Of a stretch of 32,000 bases of DNA, positions 1 through 8,649 are shown in pieces (positions within the stretch are counted from its first letter, which is position 1; every line of letters starts with the position of its first letter). This stretch comes from an uncultured beta proteobacterium (lineage in GTDB: Bacteria > Pseudomonadota > Gammaproteobacteria > Burkholderiales > Burkholderiaceae_C): positions 1,086,777 to 1,118,776 of the forward strand of contig CAWJLY010000001.1 in the NCBI GenBank assembly GCA_963843805.1. The letters are read 5' to 3'. The notes beneath the pieces were generated by a model. It was not told the DNA's origin and ran no database searches. It saw only the letters and a program-made list of their open reading frames with translations. A program made the translations under genes and the position numbers.

Positions 1-120
1 CTCCGCCTGACGATCATTGCGACCGGACAGGCCGTGGTCGCGCTCTTGCGCCGAAGCGATCCCACCCGAACCCATCGAGAGTGCGAGCAGTGTGACGCCG
101 ATGCTGCGGAAGCTTTTCAT
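1..120 (-). CDS. Partial CDS (N-terminus only; continues beyond window start): secreted or periplasmic protein of unknown function
   Basis: Manual reverse-complement translation from ATG at 120-118 gives MKSFRSIGVTLLALSMGSGGIASAQERDHGLSGRNDRQAE. This is a typical signal peptide with an ASA-Q cleavage motif. GGAG Shine-Dalgarno about 7 nt upstream (revcomp of 125-132). Not in the ORF track because it is truncated by the window edge. Confidence 0.45.
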   Translation of the reverse strand, partial: MKSFRSIGVTLLALSMGSGGIASAQERDHGLSGRNDRQAE

Positions 121-308
121 GGAAGTTCTCCGTTGTTGACCAGGTGAGCGAGGCTGGTCGATACAACGCGATCACCACGTCAGCGGGTGACCGCTTTACC
201 GCAGGTTTACAGTCCCTCGCTTCGGCCGTCAGACAGCAATGCCATCCGATCGGCACGGTGACGCCAACAGACCGACTCCTCGCGACCCAACGCGAGCGGC
301 CTGCTGCT

Positions 309-1073
309 TCAGCGCTTGCTCAAGGTCATCAGGATGTCGGCATACCAGGCGCAGTTCAGCCCCAGCGTCTCGTCCTGGCCTTGTTCGCGGTTGGCCATGT
401 CCAGGCTTGCCGAATGCACACCCAGCAACTTCCAGGGCAGTTCACCAGCGTCCAGCGCCAGATCCCGCATGACCACCGGCGCACCGCTGGTGCCGCGGTG
501 CGTGCGGGCATCGGTCAGGAAGAAGCCCTTGCCCTGGAAGCGGATGCCGAACGCCGAAGCGATCACGCTCTGCCGCACGACCGGCAGGTTGTAGACGGTG
601 TCGTGAAAGCCGAGCGGGAAGCCGAGGATCAGCACCGAACTGCCCACCCCGACCGATGCCGGTGCGGTCAGCAGATGGCTGGGCGTGAAGGCGTGCAATA
701 CGGCGGCCTTGGGCAGTGCCGCCCGGTCGATCTCCAGCATCGCCACATCGATCTCGCCGCCGCTGTCCCTGCCTTGCCGCCACATGGCCTTGCCGTCACG
801 GTAGGTCAGCATCGACATCGTGCTCGATCTCGTGAGGTCGGTGCGGCTGGTGTGCAGCTTGATCTCGATGCGGTTCGGAAAGTGTTTGGTCGGCTCGTCG
901 ATCAGCACGTGCCGACTCGTGACCAGCCACAAGCGGCCGTCGCGCTCGAAGAAGAAACCGCTGGCATTGGTGAGCCCCCGGGCATGCTCGAAGGTGGCGA
1001 CGTGAGCCGCGCTGAAGAACAGCGAATCGATCGCGGGCGGAGCAGGCGGCGTTACCGGTGTGGGGGATGGCAT
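309..1073 (-). CDS. Trypsin-like (chymotrypsin fold, S1 family) serine peptidase with no detectable signal peptide
   Basis: 254-aa ORF. Catalytic-triad contexts visible: LVTSRHVL (His), GGEIDVAMLEI (Asp), HRGTSGAPVV (Ser, GxSGxP motif). N-terminus MPSPTPVTPPAPPAIDS is proline-rich and not a hydrophobic signal sequence. Confidence 0.8.
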   Translation of the reverse strand: MPSPTPVTPPAPPAIDSLFFSAAHVATFEHARGLTNASGFFFERDGRLWLVTSRHVLIDEPTKHFPNRIEIKLHTSRTDLTRSSTMSMLTYRDGKAMWRQGRDSGGEIDVAMLEIDRAALPKAAVLHAFTPSHLLTAPASVGVGSSVLILGFPLGFHDTVYNLPVVRQSVIASAFGIRFQGKGFFLTDARTHRGTSGAPVVMRDLALDAGELPWKLLGVHSASLDMANREQGQDETLGLNCAWYADILMTLSKR

Positions 1074-1224
1074 GGCAGGCCGATTGTCACCGACACGCGC
1101 CGCAACCGGCCTGCAGTCCGCCGATCATGGCCGCCAGACTGCGCAGCCATCGAAGTGCGACCGTTCCCTCAGGCTGCCGCATTGGTCACCGGTGCTTTTG
1201 GCGAAACGGTCGGTGCCCGCACGC

Positions 1225-3444
1225 CTAGAACGGCTGCGTCCAACGCGCACTGACAAGCAGTGTGCGTGCTGCCGCGGGTTCGAAAAAACGCCGGTTGGCC
1301 TCGTTGACGATGACGCTGCCGACGATACGCCGGCCGGTCAGGTTGTCGACCCGCCCGAGCAGCTCGATCCGACCCGGGCCGATGTCGTGCCCCCACAAGG
1401 CACGCAGCGCGAGCAGTCCATGGCCGGCAGCGAAGTCGCTGTTGGCGTCGTCGACCGGCAGCCTGCCCTGCGCAGTCGCCTCCAGCGCCAGCTGGATCGC
1501 CGGCGTCGGCTGCCAGCCGATCTCGGCATAGCCGCGCGTCCTCACCGTGCCGGCGATCCGATTGCCGGCCGGCACCAGCAGTGGGTCGAGATAAGTCGCG
1601 TCGAGGTAGGTCAGCGCAGCCTGCACGCGCCAGTCCGGTGCCAGGCGCCAGCGCAGGTCGATCTCGGCGCCGCGGCGCAGGGTGCGGCCGACGTTGCTGA
1701 AAGTCGTGCGCCCGCCGCTGTTGCTGCTGACACCGATCTCGTCATCGCTGCGCGCGTCGAACAGCGCGAGGTCGAGCGACATCCCGCCGGCGGACGGTCG
1801 CCACTTGGCGCCGAGCTCGGCCTGGCGGCTGGTCTGCGCGCGCAGACCAGCGTTGAAGCCCGCTCCGCCGTCCGGCCGATAGGCCAGTTCATTGAAGGTC
1901 GGCGACTCGAAGCCGCGCGCCAGACTCAGGTAAAAATTCAGGTCGCTGTGCACGCGCCATTGCAAGGCCGCGACCGGATTGTTGTAGCGGTAGACCAGAC
2001 GTCCCGAGTCATCACCATTGCCGGCAACGATGTAGCGGTCGGCCGAGCTGAAGTCGACTCGCCCGCGACGAACGCCCAGCGTCGCTGTCCAGTCGCGCGC
2101 CAGGTCGACTTCGGCTTGCGCGTAGACGGCTTGGCCATCGATGCGATTGAGCTCGTCGCGGCGCAGCGCGCCGGTCACGCCCAGAACGCGCTGCGTGCCG
2201 CTGCCGGTGAAATTCTGAAAGCCGCGGCGGTCCTCGCGGCTGGTGTCACGGCTGGTGCCGGCCACCAGTTGCAGATTGCGCTCACCGGCCAGTGCCCAGC
2301 GCCACAGCAGGCGCGCGTCGAGCCCCTGGTAGCGACGGTCGAAGTCGATCACGCCACCGGGGCTGGTCGGCGCGGTCTGCGCCGTGTCGGGAATCGATTG
2401 CCACTGCGTCACCGAACGCTTGCCGGCATAAACGGCGAGCTGGCTCTCGCGCAGCGCGCCGCTGCCATCGAAGAGATGGCGCCAACTGGCGCCGGCCTGG
2501 TCTTGCCAGGTGTTCTTGCGCGTGTTGTAGCGAAAGGCTTGCCCGGGCTGTGTCTGCGGCAAGGCCACGCCAGCGGTCTGGTCGGGGTCGACCTCGAACT
2601 GCGCCCGGGTCAGGCCCAGCGGGTCCAGTGCCGGCTGGTTGATCGAGTTCAGGACCACCACAACGCGATCGTTGGCGCCATCCCAGCCGAGCCGAATGTT
2701 GCCCAGCGTGCGCTCGGCACTGCTCTGCGGGCGAAAGCCGTCGGTCTGGAAGTTGGAGACCTGGGCGCGCAGGCTGAAGCCGCCGCCCAGTGGTGCGGCG
2801 ATGCCGACGCGCCACTGCTGCAGGCCGTCGCTGCCGCGGTCGAGGCCGAACGAGAGCTGGCGCGCTTTCGGCGTCGCGCTGACGAGCGAAATCACACCGC
2901 CCGATCCATTGCCGTACAGCGCCGAAAACGGCCCGCGCAACACTTCGATACGTTGCGCACCGGCGAGGTCGAAATTGGCCACCTGGCCCTGGCCGTCGGG
3001 GCCGCTGGCCGGGATGCCGTCGGCCACCAGCCGCAACCCACGCACACCGAAGCTGGCGCGGGCGCCGAAGCCGCGCGAGTTGATTTGCAGGTCCTGCGCG
3101 TAGTTGTTGCGGTTGTTGACGATGAGCCCGGGAACGCGCGACAGCACCTCGGACAGGTTGACCATCGGCCCGGCGGCGCGCAGCGCGTCGCCGTCGACGA
3201 CGCTGATTGCGTAGGGTGTGTCAAAGGCGCGGCCCTCGGCGCCGCTGGCGGTGATGACAACCGTCTGCAACGGCACCACGGTCTGTGCCAGCACGGGCCC
3301 GGCCAGGCCGGCGGCGATGGCCAGACAGCTGGCTCGCAATACAGGAAGGTGCGGCTTCGCGTTTGATCGAGGCAAGCCATGCGGCATGTTTCTGGATGTC
3401 GTCATCAAAAAGAGGTTGGGGGCAGCATTTGATAGCGTGCTCAC
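1225..3444 (-). CDS. TonB-dependent outer-membrane receptor
   Basis: 739-aa ORF. Signal-like segment LRASCLAIAAGLAGPVLAQT. Plug-domain motifs (DLQINSRGFGAR, IEVLRGPFSALYGNGSGGVISL). Beta-barrel with alternating pattern and terminal aromatic residue (ARWTQPF). Start uncertain: GTG at 3444, ATG at 3405 or ATG at 3387 (MPHGL), none with a strong RBS. Confidence 0.9.
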   Translation of the reverse strand: MSTLSNAAPNLFLMTTSRNMPHGLPRSNAKPHLPVLRASCLAIAAGLAGPVLAQTVVPLQTVVITASGAEGRAFDTPYAISVVDGDALRAAGPMVNLSEVLSRVPGLIVNNRNNYAQDLQINSRGFGARASFGVRGLRLVADGIPASGPDGQGQVANFDLAGAQRIEVLRGPFSALYGNGSGGVISLVSATPKARQLSFGLDRGSDGLQQWRVGIAAPLGGGFSLRAQVSNFQTDGFRPQSSAERTLGNIRLGWDGANDRVVVVLNSINQPALDPLGLTRAQFEVDPDQTAGVALPQTQPGQAFRYNTRKNTWQDQAGASWRHLFDGSGALRESQLAVYAGKRSVTQWQSIPDTAQTAPTSPGGVIDFDRRYQGLDARLLWRWALAGERNLQLVAGTSRDTSREDRRGFQNFTGSGTQRVLGVTGALRRDELNRIDGQAVYAQAEVDLARDWTATLGVRRGRVDFSSADRYIVAGNGDDSGRLVYRYNNPVAALQWRVHSDLNFYLSLARGFESPTFNELAYRPDGGAGFNAGLRAQTSRQAELGAKWRPSAGGMSLDLALFDARSDDEIGVSSNSGGRTTFSNVGRTLRRGAEIDLRWRLAPDWRVQAALTYLDATYLDPLLVPAGNRIAGTVRTRGYAEIGWQPTPAIQLALEATAQGRLPVDDANSDFAAGHGLLALRALWGHDIGPGRIELLGRVDNLTGRRIVGSVIVNEANRRFFEPAAARTLLVSARWTQPF

Positions 3445-3533
3445 CGCCGGAATATCTGGGCAGCGATTTCAGCACGCAGGTGGGCGATCGGGCTGACAGA
3501 AGAAGTTCGAAGGCGCCATTGACGATACGATCG

Positions 3534-3758
3534 GTGCGCGTCAATTTTCATGGCACGCCAGGTTCGGTATCGCATCCCGGTGAAATCCTCGCCGAGGAAT
3601 TTCTGATACCGATGACCCTCACCAAGTACCGCCTCGCAAAGAGTATCGGCGTCTCGCAGCGCAGACGATGTCTTGCTGATGGACCGCGAGCCGGTCGGCG
3701 TCTGCTGGTCACTTCACGCTCATCGCTTTCCTGCAGACTCTTTCGGGGCCGGTTGTGA
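3534..3758 (+). pseudogene. HigA-family (XRE-type HTH) antitoxin-like ORF, probably degenerate, preceded by a possible HigB C-terminal vestige
   Basis: Translation from GTG 3534 gives VRVNFHGTPGSVSHPGEILAEEFLIPMTLTKYRLAKSIGVSQRR. This matches the conserved HigA N-terminal signature HPGE(I/M)L.EEFL.PM.L....LA..IGV...R. The C-terminal half (CLADGPRAGRRLLVTSRSSLSCRLFRGRL) keeps only anchor residues and ends early. The upstream in-frame text GDRADRRSSKAPLTIRSVRVNFH resembles a decayed HigB end (...DYH). Confidence 0.4.
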
Positions 3759-3780
3759 TCCTGTCCGCAGAGCGGTGTGG

Positions 3781-4974
3781 TCATGGTGCCAGCGCTGCGG
3801 TGTGCCGGGCGATCTGCTCGTCCTCCAGCGACGGCATCACGAACACCCGGCAGTTCGACTCGCTTGTGCTGATCGGATTGACCAGCGCACGATGGCGCGC
3901 CTCATCGAGTTGCACACCCAGCGATGACAGCCCGTTGCAGATTTCGGATCGCACCGCAGCGTCGTTTTCACCGATGCCGCCGGTGAAGACGATCGCGTCG
4001 ACACCATCCAGCGCCGCAGCCAGCGCCGCCAGCTGTTTGCGTACGGTGTAGCAGAACATGCGAATGGCCAGCGCGGCAGCTGGATTCGACGCCGCTGCGC
4101 CGTGCAACAAACGCATGTCACCGCCCAGACCGGAAATGCCGGTCAGGCCGCTGCGGTGGTCGACCAGGTCTTCCAGCATCGCGGCGTCGAAGCCCTGGTG
4201 GCGAGCCAAGTAGACCAGCACACCGGGATCGAGATCGCCGCTGCGGCTGCCCATGATCAGGCCGCCGCTCGGCGTCAGGCCCATGCTGGTGTCGATGGAC
4301 ACGCCATCTCGCACCGCGGTCACGCTGGCGCCGTTGCCCAGATGGGCAATCAGCAGTCGGCTTGGCAAGGGCCCGTGCGGGCGCTGCGCCAGCTGCTGCA
4401 CGATCGATTCGCAAGACAGGCCATGGAAGCCGTAGCGCTGGATGCCGAGCTCGCGCAGCGCCAGCGGCAATGCCAGCGTGCGTGCCTCCTCGGGCATGCG
4501 GGCGTGAAAGACGGTATCGAAGCAGGCTACCTGCGGCAGGCCCGCAAACTGTGCCAGCGCCGCCTGGATTACCGACAGCGTTGCGGCCATGTGCAGCGGT
4601 GCAAAGGCCTGGGCGGTTTCCAGCTGGCGCAAGACCGCCGCATCGATTCGGCAATGCTCGCGCAAGGCCGGCCCGCCGTGCACGACCCGGTGTCCGATGG
4701 CTTGCGGAGCCGGCGCGTCACGCTCGGTCAACAGGCGGCCGATGCGGGCGACCACCGCTTGCACGTCGGGCAGCGGCAGTTGCTCGCTGCACACCGTCTG
4801 GCCCGCCCCGTCTTCGGCGCGGAACTCGCTGGTGTCGCTGCCGACGCCTCGCGCCTCACCATTGAGCAGGGTGGCCCGTGTCGAACCCAGTTCATAGAGG
4901 CCGAACTTGAGCGAGGACGAGCCGCTGTTTAGCGCCAGCACAAACGTCGGCAGGGTTTTTGCAGGACTGGACAT
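3781..4974 (-). CDS. ackA: Acetate kinase (acetate/propionate kinase family)
   Basis: 397 aa. Family motifs LALNSGSSSLKFGLYE, HRVVHGG, FDTVFH, YGFHGLS, IAHLGNGASVTAVRDGVSIDTSMGLTPSGGLIMGSRSGDLDPG. Confidence 0.93.
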   Translation of the reverse strand: MSSPAKTLPTFVLALNSGSSSLKFGLYELGSTRATLLNGEARGVGSDTSEFRAEDGAGQTVCSEQLPLPDVQAVVARIGRLLTERDAPAPQAIGHRVVHGGPALREHCRIDAAVLRQLETAQAFAPLHMAATLSVIQAALAQFAGLPQVACFDTVFHARMPEEARTLALPLALRELGIQRYGFHGLSCESIVQQLAQRPHGPLPSRLLIAHLGNGASVTAVRDGVSIDTSMGLTPSGGLIMGSRSGDLDPGVLVYLARHQGFDAAMLEDLVDHRSGLTGISGLGGDMRLLHGAAASNPAAALAIRMFCYTVRKQLAALAAALDGVDAIVFTGGIGENDAAVRSEICNGLSSLGVQLDEARHRALVNPISTSESNCRVFVMPSLEDEQIARHTAALAP

Positions 4975-5205
4975 TCAGGTCATTTCCGGGTCAGGTGTGG
5001 AATCATCTCAGCAAACCCGGATCTCCGGCCAGTCCCGCCTCGAGGGCAGCCTTCAGTTGTGGCAGCTTGACCGCCCTGGAGCAGCCGGTGCCAGCGCGGC
5101 GACCGGCGAGCTGATCAGGATGGGCGCGATTTCGCTTCGCTTGCATCTGCAGCCTGCCGCGCGAGATCGGTGAGATCAATCGCTTGCGGCTAGCCAATCC
5201 GCCGG

Positions 5206-5234
5206 TTGGCAAATCGGTCCGATTCCGTTAGTAT
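5206..5234 (+). promoter_or_regulatory. Candidate sigma70 promoter of vapBC (TTGGCA-17 nt-TAGTAT)
   Basis: TTGGCA at 5206-5211, 17-nt spacer, TAGTAT at 5229-5234, 25 nt upstream of the vapB ATG. GGAG RBS at 5250-5253. Confidence 0.5.
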
Positions 5235-5248
5235 TACCTCGTAATACT
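5230..5248 (+). promoter_or_regulatory. Perfect palindrome AGTATTAC-CTC-GTAATACT overlapping the -10 box; candidate VapB(C) operator
   Basis: 8-bp perfect inverted repeat with a 3-nt centre, read directly from the sequence. The position over the promoter fits the autoregulation known for AbrB/SpoVT-type antitoxins. Confidence 0.45.
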
Positions 5249-5258
5249 TGGAGATTCA

Positions 5259-5504
5259 ATGGAAGTCACGTCGGTCACCAGCAAGGGACAGGTCACCATC
5301 CCGAAGGAGTTGCGCCAACAGCTCGGCATTCGGCAGGGCAGCCGTATCGAATTTTCGTTGGTCGGCGATCACGTCGAGATGCGGGTTCGGAGTTCGCCTT
5401 CTGACGAGTCCCGCAGCGGGTTCGGCATGCTCAAGAGCCGGCGCACCACCGTGCCGACGGACTTCGATCCCGCCGTGTTGGTCAAGCGGGCACTCAAGCG
5501 ATGA
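5259..5504 (+). CDS. vapB: AbrB/MazE/SpoVT-family antitoxin (VapB-type)
   Basis: 81 aa. N-terminal MEVTSVTSKGQVTIPKELRQQLGIRQGSRIEF is the SpoVT/AbrB looped-hinge-helix signature. 4-bp ATGA overlap with the downstream PIN gene. Confidence 0.85.
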   Translation: MEVTSVTSKGQVTIPKELRQQLGIRQGSRIEFSLVGDHVEMRVRSSPSDESRSGFGMLKSRRTTVPTDFDPAVLVKRALKR

Positions 5505-5917
5505 TCGGCTTGGACACCAACGTTCTCGCCCGCTACTACATCAACGACAATGCAGACGCCGAAGCGCAGCGCCAACGCTTGGCAGCCCGTCGCCTCATCG
5601 AGTCCGCTCAGCCGCTGATGGTAAGCAAGTCGGTGGTGCTTGAGTTTGAATGGGTCATGCGAGGCTACTACGGCTTCGACCACGCCCAGGTGGCGTCCGT
5701 CATTCAGCACCTGCTTGAGCAGGCGCACATCACCGTCGAAGACCGGGTTGCCGTCGCGCAAGCGCTCTCCAACGTTGAGGCGGGCATCGATTTTGCTGAC
5801 GCGTTGCATCACGCGAGCTACAAGTCTTGCGACAGTGTCGCAACATTTGATGATCGCAAGTTCGCCCGGCGAGCCAAGAAACTGGGCCTGGCACCGGCCG
5901 TGATGGTCCTGGCTTAG
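5501..5917 (+). CDS. vapC: PIN-domain ribonuclease toxin (VapC-type)
   Basis: 138 aa. MIGLDTNVLARYY carries the first acidic PIN residue, with later acidic positions (EFEW, FADALH, TFDD). Translationally coupled to vapB. Confidence 0.88.
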   Translation: MIGLDTNVLARYYINDNADAEAQRQRLAARRLIESAQPLMVSKSVVLEFEWVMRGYYGFDHAQVASVIQHLLEQAHITVEDRVAVAQALSNVEAGIDFADALHHASYKSCDSVATFDDRKFARRAKKLGLAPAVMVLA

Positions 5918-5972
5918 TTAGCGGTCTGTCTGAACACGCATGCGAGTTCTCACGCCTGGGCTTTGAGGGCCG

Positions 5973-6154
5973 GGCTGCGCCCATCAGCAGGTAGATCAGA
6001 GGGCTCTGGAACTGCGCCAGTACACGCCGCCAGGCCGCGGCGCCGCACGCAGTTCACTGGGCCCGTCGCGCGCCAACCGGCGCGCGGCTTCCTGCGCGCT
6101 CAAGCTGGTCTCGACATCCACCGCCAGTGCCGCCGCCACCGCGTCGGCGTCCAT
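5973..6154 (-). pseudogene. N-terminal remnant (about 60 codons) of a cation-transporting P-type ATPase, frameshifted and truncated
   Basis: Frame A gives [39 protein letters not shown] (Cation_ATPase_N-like). After a 1-nt loss near 6038-6044 the neighbouring frame continues AAWRRVLAQFQSPLIYLLMGAA, the typical TM1 entry. Similarity stops at about 5973, only about 55 nt from the vapC stop. Confidence 0.6.
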
Positions 6155-6563
6155 GATCGATGCGTCGCCGCTGTCGCCGGAACTGCCGGCAGCGAGCACA
6201 CGGATCTCGGTTCGCGATCTCATCGACAGCGGCCTCATTCTGCCCAGCGCCAGTTCAGGACCTCCGGCATGGGGTCACCGTGCTCGCAAATTCAAAGCAC
6301 GAAGGCGACGGCGTGAAAGAGGCTTGTGTTCCGAGTGTGTTGCTGCGCTCGATGCCGGTCTGTGGTATCCGTCTGGCCGTGGCATCTTGATGTGAGCAGC
6401 CGCCCGGTCGAGCATCGCGGCCATGGCGATCATGGCGGACGTGGCGGGCGCAATGGCGGTGGTGGTTGTCGCTCATTGCCTGAGCGTCGGCGGCATGATC
6501 GTCGCGACGGTCGGCTGGATGGTCGCCTTGACGCGTCGGGCCGTGTCGACGCGATCACGTCGC

Positions 6564-8186
6564 TCAATCCGCTGGCTGCCACCGGTGCGGCAGCAACTCC
6601 TCGATCCGGCTGTTCAGTTGCGTCGGCAGCCTGGTGAGAACGTCCTTCAAGTAAGCCCACGGTTCGTGACCATTGAGCTTGGCCGACTGCAGCAGGCTCA
6701 TCACCACCGCGGCCCGCTCGCCGGCCAACTGGCTACCGATGAACAGCCAATTGCGTCTCCCGAGGGCCCACGGGCGGATTCGATTCTCGACATGGTTGTT
6801 GTCGATCGGTACATCGCCGTCGAGCAGGAATCGCCCGAGCCCGACCCAGTGGTTCAAGCTGTAGTCGATCGCCTTGGCGATGGCGCCGCCGTCGGGCACG
6901 CGGGTTCGTTCGAGCTGCAGCCACACATGGAGCTCATCCCACAGCGGACGCGATCGTTCGTGCCGCATCTGCAGACGCTGCTCGCCGGTCAACGTCTTCG
7001 CGTCGGCCTCGATCCGGTACAGCCGGGCGATGCGCTGGATCGCCTGGCCTGCCACCACACTGGCGTTGGCCTTGACCAGTTCGTCGAACTTCCGCCTCGC
7101 GTGAGCCAGGCAATAAGCAGTGTTGCGTCCGTCCAGCGACAGCGCGGCGTCGTAGCCACTGTATGCATCGACCACCAACGTGCCGGTCCAGTCCTTCAGG
7201 AACCGGGTCGGATACTGGCCGCCGCGACCAGGGCAGAAGTCGAACACCACACCCGGCTCGGCATCGAAGACCCCTCGCGCATAGGCCCACATGTAGGCCT
7301 TCTTGGTCTTGCCCCCGCCGGGGTCGAGCATCCCGATCGGCGTCTCATCGGCATGCACCACCCGCGAGCCCAGAACGAACGCCCGGTGCACGTCGAACAG
7401 CGGCGTCAACTGGACGCCGGTCTGTCCGCCCCAGGCCGCCAGCGTCGAGCGCGGCGTGTGCACACCCGAGCGGGCATTGGCCTGCTCCTGCCGGTAATAC
7501 GGAATGTGATCGACGAAGCGGCAGACCGCCGTGTGCGCCTGCAGGCCCGGCGTGGGCAGCGCGTTGTCGAAGACCTGCGGCGCGGCCGGCTCCTGCACCA
7601 GCAGCTGGCAGCACTTGCAGGCCCACTTGCCGCGGATCTGCCGCTGCACGACGAACTGCGCCGGCACGATGTCCAGCCGCTCGCTGATGTCCTCGCCCAC
7701 GCGCACCATCGGCTGGCCGCACTCGGGCATCGGGCAATGGGTGTCTTCGGGCTCGATGCGCTGGTCCACGCGCGGCAGGTGGGCCGGCAGTGGCTCGCGC
7801 TTGGGCTTGCGGCGCTGCTGCTTGTCGGATCCACCAGCGTCTGGGGTGTCAGCCTTGCCGGCCCCCAGAGCCGCGAGCTGGGCCTCCAGGCTCGCCTGGT
7901 CGGCGGCGAGCGTCTCTTCGAAGATCTCGCGCTGCTCGGCGTTCATCGCTTCGGTCTTGGCGCCGAACTTCCAGGCCTTCAGCCGCGCGAGCTGGAAGGT
8001 GATGCTCTCGATCTTCGCGTCGCGCCACTTGATGGCCTGCGCCTGCGAGTCGATGCGTTTGTCTTGCTCTCCGATGTGCCGGCTCTGTTCGCCGATGTGG
8101 GCCAGCATCTGCGTGGCCAGCGCCGCCAGATCATCGGCACTCAGCGCCGCGAAGTCCTGGGGTTTGATGGCATGCAGATCGAGCAT
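6564..8186 (-). CDS. tnpC: IS66-family transposase (TnpC)
   Basis: 540 aa. N-terminal coiled-coil/leucine-zipper region (QLARLKAWKFGAKTEAMNAEQ), zinc-finger-like CPMPECGQPM, DDE core and conserved C-terminus (NNHVENRIRPWALGRRNWLF), all typical of IS66 TnpC. Confidence 0.93.
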   Translation of the reverse strand: MLDLHAIKPQDFAALSADDLAALATQMLAHIGEQSRHIGEQDKRIDSQAQAIKWRDAKIESITFQLARLKAWKFGAKTEAMNAEQREIFEETLAADQASLEAQLAALGAGKADTPDAGGSDKQQRRKPKREPLPAHLPRVDQRIEPEDTHCPMPECGQPMVRVGEDISERLDIVPAQFVVQRQIRGKWACKCCQLLVQEPAAPQVFDNALPTPGLQAHTAVCRFVDHIPYYRQEQANARSGVHTPRSTLAAWGGQTGVQLTPLFDVHRAFVLGSRVVHADETPIGMLDPGGGKTKKAYMWAYARGVFDAEPGVVFDFCPGRGGQYPTRFLKDWTGTLVVDAYSGYDAALSLDGRNTAYCLAHARRKFDELVKANASVVAGQAIQRIARLYRIEADAKTLTGEQRLQMRHERSRPLWDELHVWLQLERTRVPDGGAIAKAIDYSLNHWVGLGRFLLDGDVPIDNNHVENRIRPWALGRRNWLFIGSQLAGERAAVVMSLLQSAKLNGHEPWAYLKDVLTRLPTQLNSRIEELLPHRWQPAD

Positions 8187-8265
8187 GCGCCATTGTCCGA
8201 GCCCGGGTGTCGACGCGACATCGGGTCTTCCTCCGATTGCCTTCGGGCCGCCGTTCCAGCCCCTC

Positions 8266-8607
8266 TCACACGCGCGTGATCATCCGCAGTTGCTCGAGCC
8301 GCTGCCACGGCAATCCGAGCACCAGCGCATTGAATTGTTCGCTGCTCAACGTGAGCTGCGCGGTGCCAGCGGCGCTCCCGCGCGGCCACTCAAAGCTGCC
8401 CTTGTTCAGGCGCCGCGCCGCGCACCAGACGCCGAACCCATCGTGCACCAGCAGCTTGATGCGGGTCGATCGCGCATTGGCGAAGAGGTAGCCGTGGTGG
8501 GCCTGCGCGGCACCGAACACCTGCACCACGCTGGCCAGCAGTCGGTCGGCGCCGGCGCGCATATCAATCGGCTCGACAGCCAGCCACACGGCGTCGATCC
8601 TGATCAC
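8266..8607 (-). CDS. tnpB: IS66-family accessory protein TnpB (IS66 Orf2)
   Basis: 113 aa from a GTG start. MIRIDAVWLAVEPIDMRAGADRLLASVVQVFG...YLFANARSTRIKLLVHDGFGVWCAARRLNKGSFEWP matches the IS66 Orf2 pattern (DMR...G.D.L, F.N.R....K.L..D..G.....KRL..G.F.WP). Confidence 0.9.
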   Translation of the reverse strand: MIRIDAVWLAVEPIDMRAGADRLLASVVQVFGAAQAHHGYLFANARSTRIKLLVHDGFGVWCAARRLNKGSFEWPRGSAAGTAQLTLSSEQFNALVLGLPWQRLEQLRMITRV

Positions 8608-8649
8608 CGCAGCAGCTCACGCATCCAGGCGGCGCACGTCGGCGCGGCC

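Larger units (their letters stand above)
6393..8620 (-). mobile_element. IS66-family insertion sequence with tnpB and tnpC but no tnpA; boundaries tentative
   Basis: Contains IS66 tnpB and tnpC. Candidate imperfect terminal repeats are GTGAGCAGCCGC (6393-6404) and GTGAGCTGCTGC (revcomp of 8609-8620), 10 of 12 identical and resembling the GTAAGC termini of IS66. There is no 8-bp target duplication (atcttgat versus gcatccag) and no room for a tnpA ORF. Confidence 0.55.

Noticed and set aside
144-1253. 369-aa plus-strand ORF
   Set aside because: It is antisense to the serine-protease gene, which has a clear catalytic triad. The composition is artefactual.
1060-3366. 768-aa plus-strand ORF
   Set aside because: It is exactly antisense to the TonB-dependent receptor. 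Its Arg/Ala/Gly/Val-rich low-complexity translation has no motifs, a typical open antisense frame in high-GC DNA.
3388-3560. Fur box or riboswitch upstream of the TonB-dependent receptor
   Set aside because: No AT-rich GATAATGATAATCATTATC-like 19-mer and no recognisable cobalamin or other riboswitch core was seen by eye. The region instead holds the higBA relic.
5003-5212. 69-aa minus-strand ORF between ackA and vapB
   Set aside because: It has no RBS and an Arg/Gly/Ala-rich translation without motifs. I tested it as a possible C-terminal relic of the truncated ATPase but saw no transmembrane or ATPase-like sequence.
6423-8279. 618-aa plus-strand ORF (also 7531-8868, 445 aa)
   Set aside because: Both are antisense to the IS66 tnpC and tnpB genes. 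Only the last 70 or so codons of 7531-8868 are meaningful (the Crp/Fnr fragment), and those are reported separately.
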